In this document: positions 1 through 11,950 of the stretch, one piece after another
How the letters are laid out: each line of letters opens with the position of its first letter
Numbering within the stretch: position 1 is the first letter of the stretch
DNA from: Octopus sinensis
Taxonomy: Eukaryota
Direction of reading: 5' to 3'
Assembly (NCBI RefSeq): GCF_006345805.1
Contig: NC_042998.1
Coordinates: 118,544,001 to 118,608,000, forward strand
Length of the DNA stretch: 64,000 bases
Program-made: the position numbers and the translations under genes
The notes under the pieces: model-generated
Database searches by the model: none
Told to the model about the DNA's origin: nothing
What the model saw: the letters and a program-made list of their open reading frames with translations, nothing else

Positions 1-896
1 CGTTTTATAAGTAGCCAGTGAAATACAAATCAAATAGAATGTAATCTTTAGACCTGAGTACATACTTTTCCTTGCATAAAAAATCGAATACAAAAAGTAA
101 CACACCTAACTCACCTATCAAACGTTTAGAATTCTAAAGACGGACGGTTCCCGTCTTCATACAGATATACAGATATATAACAGAATGTAATGTTACAAAT
201 AGCTACGTACAAACTATAATCGATTACATGAATACTCATAAAAACAAAATTTTATTCAGGAGCATGAAATCTATGCTAAGATATAGGGGAACAATACTTT
301 ACATTACTTGTAGACGACAAGACTAAGTCAAAAATGGATAAAGAATGAATATAATGGACAAAGAATGAATATAGAAAAAATTGAAGACCAGCTAAGAAGC
401 TTAACAATCAACTTTAAGACCGAAATAATATTCATTGTGAAATGGAAATTCGTAAAAATATATAATGAAGCAGAGAATAAAATGAATTCAGAATTGTAGA
501 AACCACAGAATAATCAGTCATATACTTTCTGACTCCCAGTGGTGGCTACAGCAGACAAAACAGTTTCATGTTTTCATAAGCTTCAATGTGTGGCTGAATT
601 ATATAATGTCTGGGAAAAAAACAGATGCAAGAAGCAAATCCGACAATATACAAAAACAAAACAGAATAATGAAATGACCATTCTATGAGAGATCGCGATT
701 TATCCAACGCCACCTATATACAAATATCATTAGATGTAGACGGACGCTCTCGCCTCCTCCACCTGTTTAGCGGTTTGCTTCGCAACAACTTGCTTCTGAT
801 TTTGATCACACAAACATTGAATAGCTAATGTTCCCACGTGTTGAACCATATGTTGAGAGGGGAATTCGGTAGGGTGAGACTGGCCAAATATTTGTT

Positions 897-954
897 ACAC
901 ATACATACGCTCACACACTGACACACACACACACATATGCATGCATATGTATAT

Positions 955-1027
<73 letters not shown>

Positions 1028-1040
1028 CATATATATATAC

Positions 1041-1071
<31 letters not shown>

Positions 1072-1089
1072 ATATATATATAATATATA

Positions 1090-1167
<78 letters not shown>

Positions 1168-1193
1168 TATATATACATACATATATATATAAT

Positions 1194-1262
<69 letters not shown>
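897..1262. repeat. (CA)n/(TA)n microsatellite
   Basis: Direct dinucleotide runs. These produce the spurious YIYI ORFs. Confidence 0.95.
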
Positions 1263-1268
<6 letters not shown>

Positions 1269-1421
1269 CATACACACAAACATTAGGTAATGAAGTAGAT
1301 AAAATTCATGCTGCATATGCTTCATAGCTAGTGGAAGTAGGAAATTATCCAAACGACGTGTTGACTGCAAGCTACACTTCAGACCAAAAATTCTTCGATA
1401 CTCTCTCTCTTTCTCTCTCTT

Positions 1422-1492
<71 letters not shown>

Positions 1493-1517
1493 ATATATAT
1501 ACATATATATATATATA

Positions 1518-1562
<45 letters not shown>

Positions 1563-1778
1563 ATATTATATATATATATATATATTATATATATATATAT
1601 ACATACATACACACAAACATTAGGTAATGAAGTAGATAAAATTCATGCTGCATATGCTTCATAGCTAGTGGAAGTAGGAAATTATCCAAACGACGTGTTG
1701 ACTGCAAGCTACACTTCAGACCAAAAATTCTTCGATACTCTCTCTCTCTTTCTCTCTCTTTATATATATATATATATA
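1263..1778. repeat. Tandem duplication of a ~160-bp unique segment separated by (TA)n
   Basis: CACAAACATTAGGTAATGAAG...CTTCGATACTCTCTC occurs at ~1270-1420 and again at ~1610-1760. The copies are identical apart from (CT)n length. Confidence 0.9.
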
Positions 1779-1807
1779 CGCGTTTGTGTGCGTGTGTGTT
1801 TAGGAGT

Positions 1808-1839
1808 AGGAGTGGCTGTGTGGTAAGTAGCTTGCTTAC
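1808..1839 (+). mobile_element. 5' head (A-box part) of tRNA-derived SINE family A, split by insertion
   Basis: GGAGTGGCTGTGTGGTAAGTAGCTTGCTTAC matches the head of the intact copy at 34665-35079 (minus strand). The rest of the SINE resumes at 4792. Confidence 0.8.
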
Positions 1840-2024
1840 TTCCGGTTACCCAGAATGAAACACTAGTTGGTCTGGACTGTTATAGTGACAAGATGTGAGT
1901 TTTTGGGGGCTCCGTGAATAGAAAAAGGAACAAAAAAAATTGTCAATTATGGCTCGCTATAGTGAGCAAAATACTGGGTTCTCATCACCGTAACGGTGAA
2001 TTGAGAATTTTTGCTTGAAAATTC

Positions 2025-2630
2025 TGTAATGGGAACTGGTTGCTTCTTTACACTTTTGGGGTGCAACTTGGGTGCAACACAATTTCCTTTCTTTTTGTTT
2101 CTAGAAACTACCAGTCAGAAACGAAACGCATGTTTTAAAATATATACAATTCTTTATTCTCTTGGTTCAACAATGAAACACGATGTTATGCTGGTATCCA
2201 CTTAGTTAAACACAGCAAGGCTGAATTGAAACGTCTGTAAGCTTTACAACAATTCAGCAGCAATAGAACAGGTTAAATCCTAAGCGTCTGGGACAGGAGA
2301 ATAGGCTGATCACAGGTTTAAAATATACGTCCTTTCTCTTCTATCGCCGTGTCTCAAGTCCCCGACGCTATTAAGGAACGCGAATAGAATTTCTTCTTCA
2401 GTCTCTAGCGCATGTGCATGAGGGAACTTCCTTATGCCTTTCCAGAAGGTTCCAGAAGGTTCAAACCCCGCACACGCACACTGAAGAAGGACGCTTCGCA
2501 CACGCACACTGAAGAATGACGTTGCGTGTGCGCACACTGGAATATGACGTCACTACAAAGGTGACGATCCGCACACGCACACTGAAGAATGACGTTGCAT
2601 GTGCGCACACTGGAATATGACCTCACTACA
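2025..2630 (-). mobile_element. Gypsy-type LTR (3' LTR)
   Basis: TGTA...TACA termini. On the minus strand there is a PPT-like GAGGAGAG just before TGTAGTG, a TATA-like motif at ~2320 and AATAAA at ~2155. A ~73-bp internal tandem duplication lies at 2497-2634. The left boundary could instead be ~1878. Confidence 0.55.
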
Positions 2631-2854
2631 AAGGCTCTCCTCGAGTGCGGAAGCACGAAATAAAATTCCTTGTAGTGGCTTCAGAATATAAGGTGGATAC
2701 CAAATGACCAAAATGGCACACAATATGACAAATTAAAACAAAAAAATCCATAATATAAACAAGCATGCAGCAAAGGAAAAGAAAACATAATACTCAAATG
2801 AACAAAGTTCAATTAGTATCGTAACTGTCACTGGGAAGTCAATTGAGAATGTTA

Positions 2855-3136
2855 AATATAAATCGTCTTTGAAAGTTTCCTCGGCCAGTGAACAGTTCTG
2901 CCTGACCTCGTAACATAAGGTTTGTTCGAGGCGGGCTGCGACGACGAAGATGGTGTTGCCGATGTTGGTGTTGATAAAGGTGCATGTGTAAATGGTGACG
3001 TTGTCAAAGGTGCATGTGTGAATAGGAATAGCTTCCGACCAACGTGAGAAACGATCGATACAAGTTAAATATATATGAGAACCCGTTACTCACAGGCCAT
3101 GGTCCAACCAAATCAAGGTGGACATGGCTAAACGAA
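2855..3136 (-). pseudogene. Gypsy integrase remnant (internally deleted pol)
   Basis: Minus-strand translation RFSHVHLDLVGPWPVSNGFSYI(fs)TCIDRFSRWSEAIPI (integrase core N-part) is joined directly to KPYVTRSGRTVHWPRKLSKTIYI* (typical pol C-terminus). Confidence 0.85.
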
Positions 3137-3207
3137 TTTTTTTTTTTTATTCAGTTTAATTGTTTGGCAGACTGTATTTTGAACTACTTATGAACTGTTT
3201 TTTGACA

Positions 3208-4472
3208 TGGCAGAGAAGGAACTTAAAAAGAAAAACTCTGTCTTAGGGTGAAAAATTAACCCGCCTAAGCAGTGGTTAAAAGATATGGAAGAGATGACGG
3301 TGGTACTTAGAACTTATTCTAAAGTTCTTAATTCCATCACCGTCTTCCCAACACAAGTCATAAAAAATGAACTTAAAGAATATTTGTCCTCTTTAAAATA
3401 TATATCCCGTAGTGTCAGACCTGCAACAGTATGGTTGCTAATTCACAACGGGGAAAAGGCTCGCCAGTTTGCGAGTCAGCCTTTTAGAAGGCAAGGAAAT
3501 TCTGTTCCTTTCGTCATATTGTGGGAGAAAATTAATACGAGCCTGGGTATGTGGGTTACCCCCAGGCAACGAAGCGGATTGGATTGAAGATGCCATCCGA
3601 CGGGGACTGGGTGATGGCGGGCCCAGGCTCTTAAATATAAGGGTATTGCCGGCGGTCGATTGGAAGGGTCAAAAGCGATTTTGACCGTGGACCCCATCGG
3701 CCGCAACAGATCTGGGTTTTCCAGATTTCTTGAAAATGGCTGGCTGCAGGTATCCGGTGATACTTGAGGGACGTCCCCCCAAGTGGCACTCGTGCCTGCA
3801 GCCAGGCCACATTGAAAGTAACTGCCCCCAGGACTATGGTAAAGTCCTGGAACAGTCACTAGATGCCACCTCCCCTACCGGTCAAAGGGAGAGGTGGATG
3901 TGGTCGAGGAGGCTTCAGCCTCCTCAACTCAAAAAGGATTAAAAAGGAAGAAGGCGGGCAACAATAGTTGCCCGCCGAAAGAACCTAAGGCTTTGGGAGG
4001 CGGGTAGAGTCTTCGGACAAAGCGGAAGAGCTCCACTCTCGCGAAGTCAGGAAGAAAAGAAAAAAAGAAGGAAGAAGAACGGGTCATCTCAGCGGGGAGA
4101 TGATGTGCCATCTGCATGTCCCGAAGTTGTGCCACCCACGGTGGAAGAAACCACCCCACCCTTACAGATGATCAATTAATTATCTTTTTTTATAAGGACG
4201 GGGAGGTAGAAAAAATAGTAGAACATAAAGAGACAGTAGATATGCCCTTGACAGCGGTTCCCGAATGGCCTCCGCAGATAGTTGTGGGGATCATAAGGTT
4301 TCCCTTGTGGGAAAGGCTTAAAGGATTTGGGGAGGAGTGTCGCATATGGCTGGGTGGCCCTTACACGACTTACATGTCCTACATGAGTGAGGCATGGGAA
4401 ATGGCGGGATACAGGAACTCAAGCAGCATTGAAGATAATGATGAATATATCGATGGATATATCGAAGAGTAG
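3208..4472 (+). pseudogene. Frameshifted ORF1/gag-like nucleic-acid-binding protein with zinc knuckle
   Basis: ORF-track pieces 3285-3587, 3469-3684, 3730-3942 and 4116-4472 join across frameshifts. They contain a x-x2-C-x4-H-x4-C knuckle followed by a Lys/Arg-rich region. Confidence 0.65.
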
Positions 4473-4791
4473 GAGGTGAAAGACCCTCGTTATAGGGTTT
4501 GAAACCTCATCTTATTGTATTATTTGTAGTGGTTTATAACATCAATTTTGTGTTAAAAAAAAACATGTTAAGTAAGAGGTTTTAGTGCCTCCTTCTTGTA
4601 AGAGGTTTGAAACCTCATATTGATTTTATAAAAAAAGAAAATATGTTTTCGAGAAAATCCAATCGGCGGGTGTTGGGTTTCGTCTCTCATTTATTCATTC
4701 TATTTCATTTTCATTCATTAATGTGTTTGTACTGCCCGCAAAGCTACACAATCTTTGTACTGTCTATGATGACAAATTTTATGAAATAAAA

Positions 4792-5122
4792 TAGCTTCCT
4801 TACCAACCGCGTGGTTCCGAGTTCAATCCCACTACGTGCCACCTTAGGCCGACCAAAGCCTTGTGAGTGGATTTGGTAGGTAGAAACTGAAAGAAACGCG
4901 TCGTATATGTGTGTATATATGTGTTTCCCCCACCACCACCACCATTGCTTAACAACCGATGCTAGTGTGTCTATGTCCCCGTAACTTAGCGGTTCGGCAA
5001 ATAGACCGATAGAATAAGTACTAGATTCACAAAGTATACGTCCTGGGATCGATTTGTTCGACAAATGCAGTGCTCCAGCATGGCCGCAATATAATTACTG
5101 AAACAAATAAATAAGTAAAAGA
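4792..5122 (+). mobile_element. SINE family A, remainder of the split copy
   Basis: B-box-like GAGTTCAATCC, then GCCTTGTGAGTGGATTTGGTAG, CCCCGTAACTTAGCGGTTCGGCAAA, GCTCCAGCATGGCCGCA and an AGTAAAAGA tail, all shared with other copies. Confidence 0.85.
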
Positions 5123-5132
5123 GAATATATAT

Positions 5133-5350
5133 ATCAAAATGTGACCTCGTGTGTACCGTTGGCGATTTTTTTTTCCTCTGTCTTCCCTTCTCTGGATCTT
5201 TCCTTCTCCTATGTTTCCGACGAAGAGCTCCGCTCGAAACGTTAAACCCTCCTTCTTTCCTTCTTTCCTGAGCGTCCAATAATACTATATTTGTTCCACG
5301 TCCTCGCGTTGTTATGTTTTTTTTTGTGCTTTCTTGTTTGAATTAACTTT
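5133..5350 (+). mobile_element. (TA)n-flanked non-autonomous Penelope-terminal-repeat-like element with minimal hammerhead motif
   Basis: GTTT-CCGACGAA-GAGC-TCC-GCTC-GAAA-CG-TT-AAAC at ~5213-5247. Homologous to the inverted copy at ~56900-57097. Confidence 0.6.
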
Positions 5351-7424
5351 ATATATATATATATTAGCAAATGGGGTTGTTTCGTGAGTGTTACTGGAAG
5401 GAATATCGATAATCACTTTCCTTTTCGGGTAAGCCGTCAGAGACTTTTATGAAGCTGCCCCAGGAAAAGGTGATGGTGGAGATAGAGGTACTGCCCCAAT
5501 AAATCTATAGAGAAGTGGATGAATTTAGCGTGGAATAATCTAATAAAAATCTAATAAAAATATTGAGCAAGTTGACCATGATACAGAAACTGATAGTTCA
5601 AGAAACGTAAATGTAATGTACACAAAAGATAGACTATTATGCTTGATATTGTTGTATAGACTTACTCTGTACTTGATCTATTAAACGTAAGCGCAAAGGT
5701 TTTTCGATTGTGACTTCCTCGTCTTTATAACGTTAAACAGGAAATTACTTTTATTTCTTGTATACAACAGCATGGTGTGATATGTGGAAAATTAGGCTGC
5801 AAGATTAGTACGTCAAAAATTGATATGAAGTTCATTATCCTGGCGCGTGAGCGAGCACGTTTGTACTTGTATTTTATTTTCAAAATAAAAAAAATCGGCA
5901 GATAAATTTCTCTGAATATGAGGAAATACAGGTATAATTACACGAAATACTTTTGGAATGAATGAACTCATTTGGAGAAGAGCAAACGTTTTCATCAATA
6001 AAATGCACCACAAGCATTTAACTAATGATGACTTACGACTATGTTTTTGTGTTTTGGGTTGTTTTTTTTTTTGCTGAGAGATCCCTGTGCTTGATGTGTG
6101 TTATTCGGTGTATCCTTCACTTTTTCATATTTGAAAGTAATATTTTAGCAGTTTCCTTCTTGCTATATGCTCAAGCGATTGCCTAGAAATTCTCCTGTAG
6201 GCTTTTGCTTTTGTTGTAAATGTTTTTATATGACTTAAGCCAACCTATTAACAGCGTTCTTGCCGAGACTATTGTATTTTGCTTTTTACTTGGGATAGGG
6301 ATTTCTATACTTTTCCTTATCAAAGAATGCTGTATGATATTATTTGAGGGAGATTTTTCTCATATGTTTAGCAGATTGGATAACCACGGAGAGACTCTCA
6401 AGTAAATACATATCCTGTGCAATAGTTCCAGTGATATAATTTGTGGGAAAAATAGCCTTCCCAGTTTAATAGAAACGATCGACAGCAGATGAATGAAATC
6501 TTTAAGAAAATCGATAATCTGATTGGCAAAACAATTAATGAGTTCTTTGTCACGACAAACAGGGCCAGCGGCAAGAGTAACATGAAAGATGTGGCATACG
6601 TCACAAGTTGAAATGAAACAGTCGAGGACGAATGAAGACTACATTGAAGAGAGAGTTCAAGAAATAATTTGTGTTCCATTAAAATTGAAGTAGATGGTCG
6701 AATGTCGATGAAGAATTGGTATTCTATATATGAGATCACACGGAAACAGAATGAAGAGTAGATGGAATGAAAGGTAGGGGTCACTGAAAAGAAATTACAA
6801 AGGAGTTTATTATAAAGTTTTAAACATTTCAAAGATAAATTTCTTTCATGACGTGTGTAACTTCGAAGATAAAACAAAATACCATAACACTCTCGTAAAA
6901 CATTTACAATCATTCGGGGAGAAAAACAAAGAATACCACCGTTGCTTTCTACTAGAAATAGTGAACAGTCTGCAAGAAATAACGATCAAAACCTTCTCGT
7001 GTTATAACCTGCCTTCTTCTAAAAGAAAGGACATATAGGATAATGTAATATTATACATGTTATAAAAATAAAAGAATCAACATTCATTTGTAAAATGTAT
7101 TTCATCATGAGGCTTAGTAACCAGAAATAGCCCATTGTCAAGTGACGTGAGAATATGAATTTGAAATATATGTACTCTCGAGGCAGTAAAAGATACGCGG
7201 TCTCAATTCACTCAGGTTATAAAATGCCATCTTAAAATCGAGAGAAAGTATTAGATTGCATAGCCCTAGACATTCTGTGACTAAAAATAAAGTGATGTAA
7301 GATTACCAGGGTAATATATATCCCCATAAGCCCATACCTGATTAAATTCACAACGCAGGAGAAACAACAGAGTAATGAAGGTTTTTGGTGGAAATAAATT
7401 ATATTACTAAACAAGTGTAATTCA

Positions 7425-7608
7425 GTGAGGTAGCAGAATCGTAAACACGCCGAAAAAATTGCTTTGCGGCATTTTGTCGGTCTTTATTTTCCGTGTTCAA
7501 ATTTCGCCAAGGTCGACGCCGGTTTCCATTACTTTGGAGTCGGGCTGATGTAATCAATTTCCCCACTCACTCAAAAGTTTCTGTCCTTATGCCAAAATTT
7601 GAAACCAT
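7425..7608 (+). mobile_element. tRNA-derived SINE family B (diverged)
   Basis: TAGCAGAATCGTAAACACGCCG...GTTCAAATTTCGCCAAGGTCGAC aligns with the head of 57657-57885. Confidence 0.7.
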
Positions 7609-8659
7609 AATATGCATGTGTATTGTATGTGATATATTTTATCCATTTATCCCAATTTACTTTTCATGTTATTGAGTTTCCTTTGCAATCCATGCTTCAA
7701 CTGTTTCGAAACATTGGTGGTTGTTGAAAAAGTCTCGGTGCCTCTTTTTATGTTAAAGATATCCATGTTTGGTGATATTGTACGCGCTTGATGGTGTAAC
7801 ACACGGAGATTGTACATCATGTATGCATTTTGGCTTTCACTAACGGGGAATATTAATTATTTGAGGTGTTTGAGATTTGTACTTCAAGTGACAATTATCC
7901 TTAGTTTCATTAAATCCTTTACGGAAAAGAAACCTGCTTATGTTGAGTGCTGCAACAGGCAAAACTTAGTTGTGTGCTTGATGGTTGGAAATGACCAACT
8001 CTTGCTAGAATTCAATTTAACGATATTGGACACGTCGCTATCATCTTCAACATCAATGTTGAATTCTTGATGTATAAAGATGGAACTGATTGCGCATGTG
8101 TTTACTTTGTGTTGTCGGTACGTATAGTAGTCTCATATTTATACATTTTACATCGACCTTACAGACGTGCTACGGATGACTAATTAATCCATTAACTAAA
8201 TTATTAGTTGATTCATTTCGTCATTAATGGTGAAACTCATGGGTATACGGTAAATTTTAATTCACACAAATGTCTTGCTCATATACAAACAACGTGCATT
8301 AATGTAAGAATTTTTTCATGGTTTGGGGCTTTGACTGCCATTTTTAGCGTGTAAGAAATCCACATGGTAGTTTTCTCTCCGTGTATATTTCATACACTAT
8401 TATATTTTAAAATATTTATGTCTTCTCAGTTTTATTACGCATGCTAACGACTGGTATAAATTATTTATACCAGGTTTCAATTGCTAGTAGCTGAGATACC
8501 AACTTTCTACATTAATAACTCTCCAACCCATGCCAGCATGGAACATAGACGTTAAGTATAATGTTAAAAGAAAGTTTTCAACACATATATGTATATGAAA
8601 TAAATACACGTAATTCAAAAATACGTTTTGTGTTGCTTATTTTTTAACCAAACAACAGG

Positions 8660-9819
8660 TACAGATTATAAACAATGAAAGGCCGATTATGGTGATTCAT
8701 TTGACAGAGGTGGTAGAGAACCAATCCAATGATTAATCTGACCTTGGATCCTAATAGTTTGCATTAATCCTGGCTCAGTTAAATCTCTTGTGGCTCCAAA
8801 TGATGTCATCTGTAGTGCAGCGTTGTATTGTATAATTTTGTTTTAGAAGTGCTTGGCGCCTTGGTCAGTTGATGAGAACAGTTTCTTCAATGGCTCTGGA
8901 GGTCGGAGGATTGCAGATAGTTTAACATTTCCACCACTGCAGTCACAGTGCATGCGTCTCTCCAGGCCACTTCCTTGCTTTACAATGGATGAACTCAGTT
9001 GTCATTGCACCAATGGAAACTCTAGTGTCATCTGCATAATGAACTGCTGGATCATAATTGAAAGCTACTTCATAGAAATTGATTCGCTGAGCTGTTGTAA
9101 CTGCTCTTCGTTCTGCAGTGGAGATCTTATTCCTTGTCAGCCGAGCATACCTCTGTTCATCACTTTAAGATGCTCTGGCTTTTGTAGTGCGCAGTCTTTC
9201 GTTTCTTGGAATCTTCCCTTTCTGTAGCTGTCTCTCTTTCCCTAGACATTCTTTTGGTTGATCTTGACATTGTAGACAAATTTGACAATTTTCTTCTAGG
9301 CATGGTTATATACGTATACAGAAATACACGGATGCAGAAGATAGTAAAGAATGAAAATAACCGGGAAACGGAAATTATAGTTCTTAATACGAAGGGCAGA
9401 AAGTAACTAAGAAAGTTTTACGTAAAATAAAGAATTGTACGGGTTGGTGAGAAATTTCTCAGTGAACCAAAGAGTCAGTATCAAAGGAACCAGAAAAAAG
9501 CCGTTAAAAACAGAAAAACGCAAAACCGTTGCAAAAGTAAATATGAAATTTTTAGGGAAATTAACTAAGTGTACGGACTTACGTGAAATTTTTGAAGGTA
9601 CTTCTATCAGTAAATTATGAACTTACTTTTATTAGTTTATCAGTAATTCTGTCAACAACACGAACGTTGCAAAAGTAAATAAAAATTTGTAGGCAAATTT
9701 AACGAAGTGTACGGATTGAAGAGAAATTTATGAAGTTTCTTCTGTCAGTAAATTATGTATGAAATTACTTTCATCAGTAATTGTGAACTTCTTTCTGTCA
9801 GTAACTTGTTGTTTGTAGA
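8660..9819 (-). mobile_element. Helitron 5' fragment
   Basis: Contains the Rep/helicase N-terminal relic and ~138-bp tandem repeats at 9527-9800. A candidate A|TC 5' terminus lies at 9819. Confidence 0.7.
8690..9303 (-). pseudogene. Helitron Rep/helicase N-terminal region, with stops and frameshifts
   Basis: Manual translation gives MPRRKLSNLS..., YDPAVHYADD..., HCKARKWPGE...CSGGNVKL...PPEPLKKL...KHF*NKIIQYNAALQMTSFGA...IRIQGQINHWIGSLPP. These are the conserved Helitron motifs YNxxxQMTSFGA and IQGQxxHxIGSL. The ORF track misses it. Confidence 0.85.
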
Positions 9820-10319
9820 TAGCGATTGAAAATTATAAAAAGCAATATTTTTCTTTATGACTAATGGATGTGAGGGAGACAATCAGTTCCTCAAAGTTTC
9901 TTCACAAAGAGTAACCTCCTTTGTCCACGTAACTCAAGAACAGGTATGTTCTGTCCCCAGGAGTCTGTTACTCATTATGTGAAAACTGTTAAGAGTCTAA
10001 AACCAGCCTGGAACGTAAGTAGTGTACGTTCCCAGTTTGGAGAAAATCAGTTGAAAAATAAGGCCGTTATAATATTTTACACGCACACACAGACAGAACG
10101 GGATTTATATATATATATCCGAAGAATGAAAAGAAGGAACACGGTTTCAATAGGAAAGAGGAAATTTAAACAATCAGCACCATTGATCAGTTGAGCACCG
10201 GGTTTACAGACCAAATAGCTTAAATGCGTAAAATCTTGAAGAAAATATAAGAATTAAATAAAATTCAAAATAGTGTCAGTAGCGTTCCGACAAGACAAAA
10301 AGAAGGAAATACTAGAGGT

Positions 10320-11114
10320 TTCGGTGTCAGCGGTAACGTGGATGGGGAAGGCGGTGATATCGGTGATGCGGCATTGAGAGCAGCGACGTTGGCGGCGACG
10401 GCAGCAACAAGGACCAAACTGACTGCAGCGGCGGCGGCCGCAATAACGTTGCAGTAACATGACACCAACGGAGGCAGCAACGGTAAATGCGGCAACAACA
10501 GAAATGTTGACAGCAATGGCGGCAGCTACAGTAGTTGCAGAGACGGTAGCAGTGGGGTGGTTGCTTCAGCGGTACCGTAGTGGTGGCAGCAGTGTCGGCA
10601 ACAAAGACGGCAGATCAGAGGCGGCGGCGTCAGAGGCGGCGGCGTCAGAGGCGGCGGCGTCAGAGGCGGCGGCGTCAGAGGCGGCGGCGTCAGAGGCGGC
10701 GGCGTCAGAGGCGGCGGCGTCAGAGGCGGCGGCGTCAGAGGCGGCGGCGTCAGAGGCGGTAGCATCAGAGGCAGCGGTTACCTCAGAGGCGGTGACAGCA
10801 CTGGCGGCAGCACTGGTGGCAACACCGGCAGCAGCACGATTGAAATCGGCGGCGGCAGCAGAGGCAGCACCAGTGGTATCGGCAGCAGGAGCCGTTGCGA
10901 GGGAAGTAGCGGCGGTAGAGGCGGAAGCAGCAGCGACAGCACAGGCTGCAGCATCGATGACAATAGCAGCTGCGCTGCTCGCGGCAACTGTGGCAATAAT
11001 GATGGTAGCCGCGCCAATGAGGAAAAGGATGGTGGCAGCGAACGCAGTTACATCACAGCAACCACCAGATGAGAAGGAGGAAGAGATGATGAAGGGAATG
11101 ATGGTTGTGGTGCA

Positions 11115-11157
<43 letters not shown>

Positions 11158-11215
11158 GTGATCATGACGGTGGTGTTGTTGTTGGTGTGGGAGTGGGCGG
11201 GGTGTCGGCGATGAT
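10320..11215. repeat. GC-rich cryptic trinucleotide (GCA/GCG) tract with a perfect 15-bp minisatellite (GCGGCGGCGTCAGAG)n at ~10615-10760 and a (GAT)n run
   Basis: Directly visible periodicity. Ala-rich and poly-Met ORFs occur on both strands. Confidence 0.9.
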
Positions 11216-11789
11216 AACTTTTATGAGCATGAAAAAGAACATGATCTACGTAAAACGTGTTATAGAAGACACCTTCTGAATTTCCAGAGATGCTAAAGTA
11301 ATACATATTTGTGTGAAAAAGGAAGACGGCAGTTTAAAGAAAGTTATCTGAGAATCGTAAATCGAACCCAATAACGAAATGGAAAGGAAATAGCAATGCA
11401 AATTATGATATAAATAATGTCAGAAAATTTGGAAAGTCGTTGATCTGCTGGGAACGTCATACTGAGTGAAAACTCCATGGCATGAAGTTAAGACAGAAGT
11501 TTTTTTGAAGATCAAAGCATTCTTACAAAAGAAATAAAGTAATATATCACAAAGGAATATATCATATATGGGTAGAGAATATAATTCAAGAATATTATAG
11601 ATTTACGGTTTTTATCGAGAGATAGTCAATTCCCATACTGAGGAATACAGTTACAGTTAAATGTTATATGAGCGACCCTGCTCACACCGAATTACACACG
11701 CTTAGATTATAAACTTAAAAGCACACATGCATTTAAGTGTGCGAGTTTGAGTGTGCGTATACCCTCGTGTATGTGGATGTTTCTGTGCA

Positions 11790-11950
11790 TATATGTATGC
11801 ATGTATGCATGTATGTATGTATGTATGTATGTATGTATATATGTATGTATTTATGTATGTATGTATATATGTATGTATTTATGTATGTATGTATATATGT
11901 ATGCATGTATGTATGTAGGTATGTATGTATGTATGCATGTATACATGTAT
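11790..11950. repeat. (ATGT)n microsatellite
   Basis: Direct tetranucleotide run. Confidence 0.9.

Larger units (their letters stand above)
1840..4791 (+). mobile_element. ORF1-only (gag-like) Tx1/L1-type non-LTR retroposon, degraded, with a nested Gypsy fragment
   Basis: Flanked by TAGCTTGCTTAC (1828-1839) and TAGCTTCCTTAC (4792-4803), and ends in ATGAAATAAAA. Broken ORF ~3208-4472 contains VCGLPPG...WIEDAI and VILEGRPPKWHSCLQPGHIESNCP (CCHC knuckle with the first C changed to W). Confidence 0.65.

Noticed and set aside
2470-2634. CRISPR-like repeat array
   Set aside because: Tandem subrepeats within an LTR with no unique spacers, in a eukaryotic context.
6060-6920. 171-aa minus-strand ORF and adjacent weak LINE-like peptides
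   Set aside because: No identifiable motifs. Consistent with a chance ORF or very old repeat.
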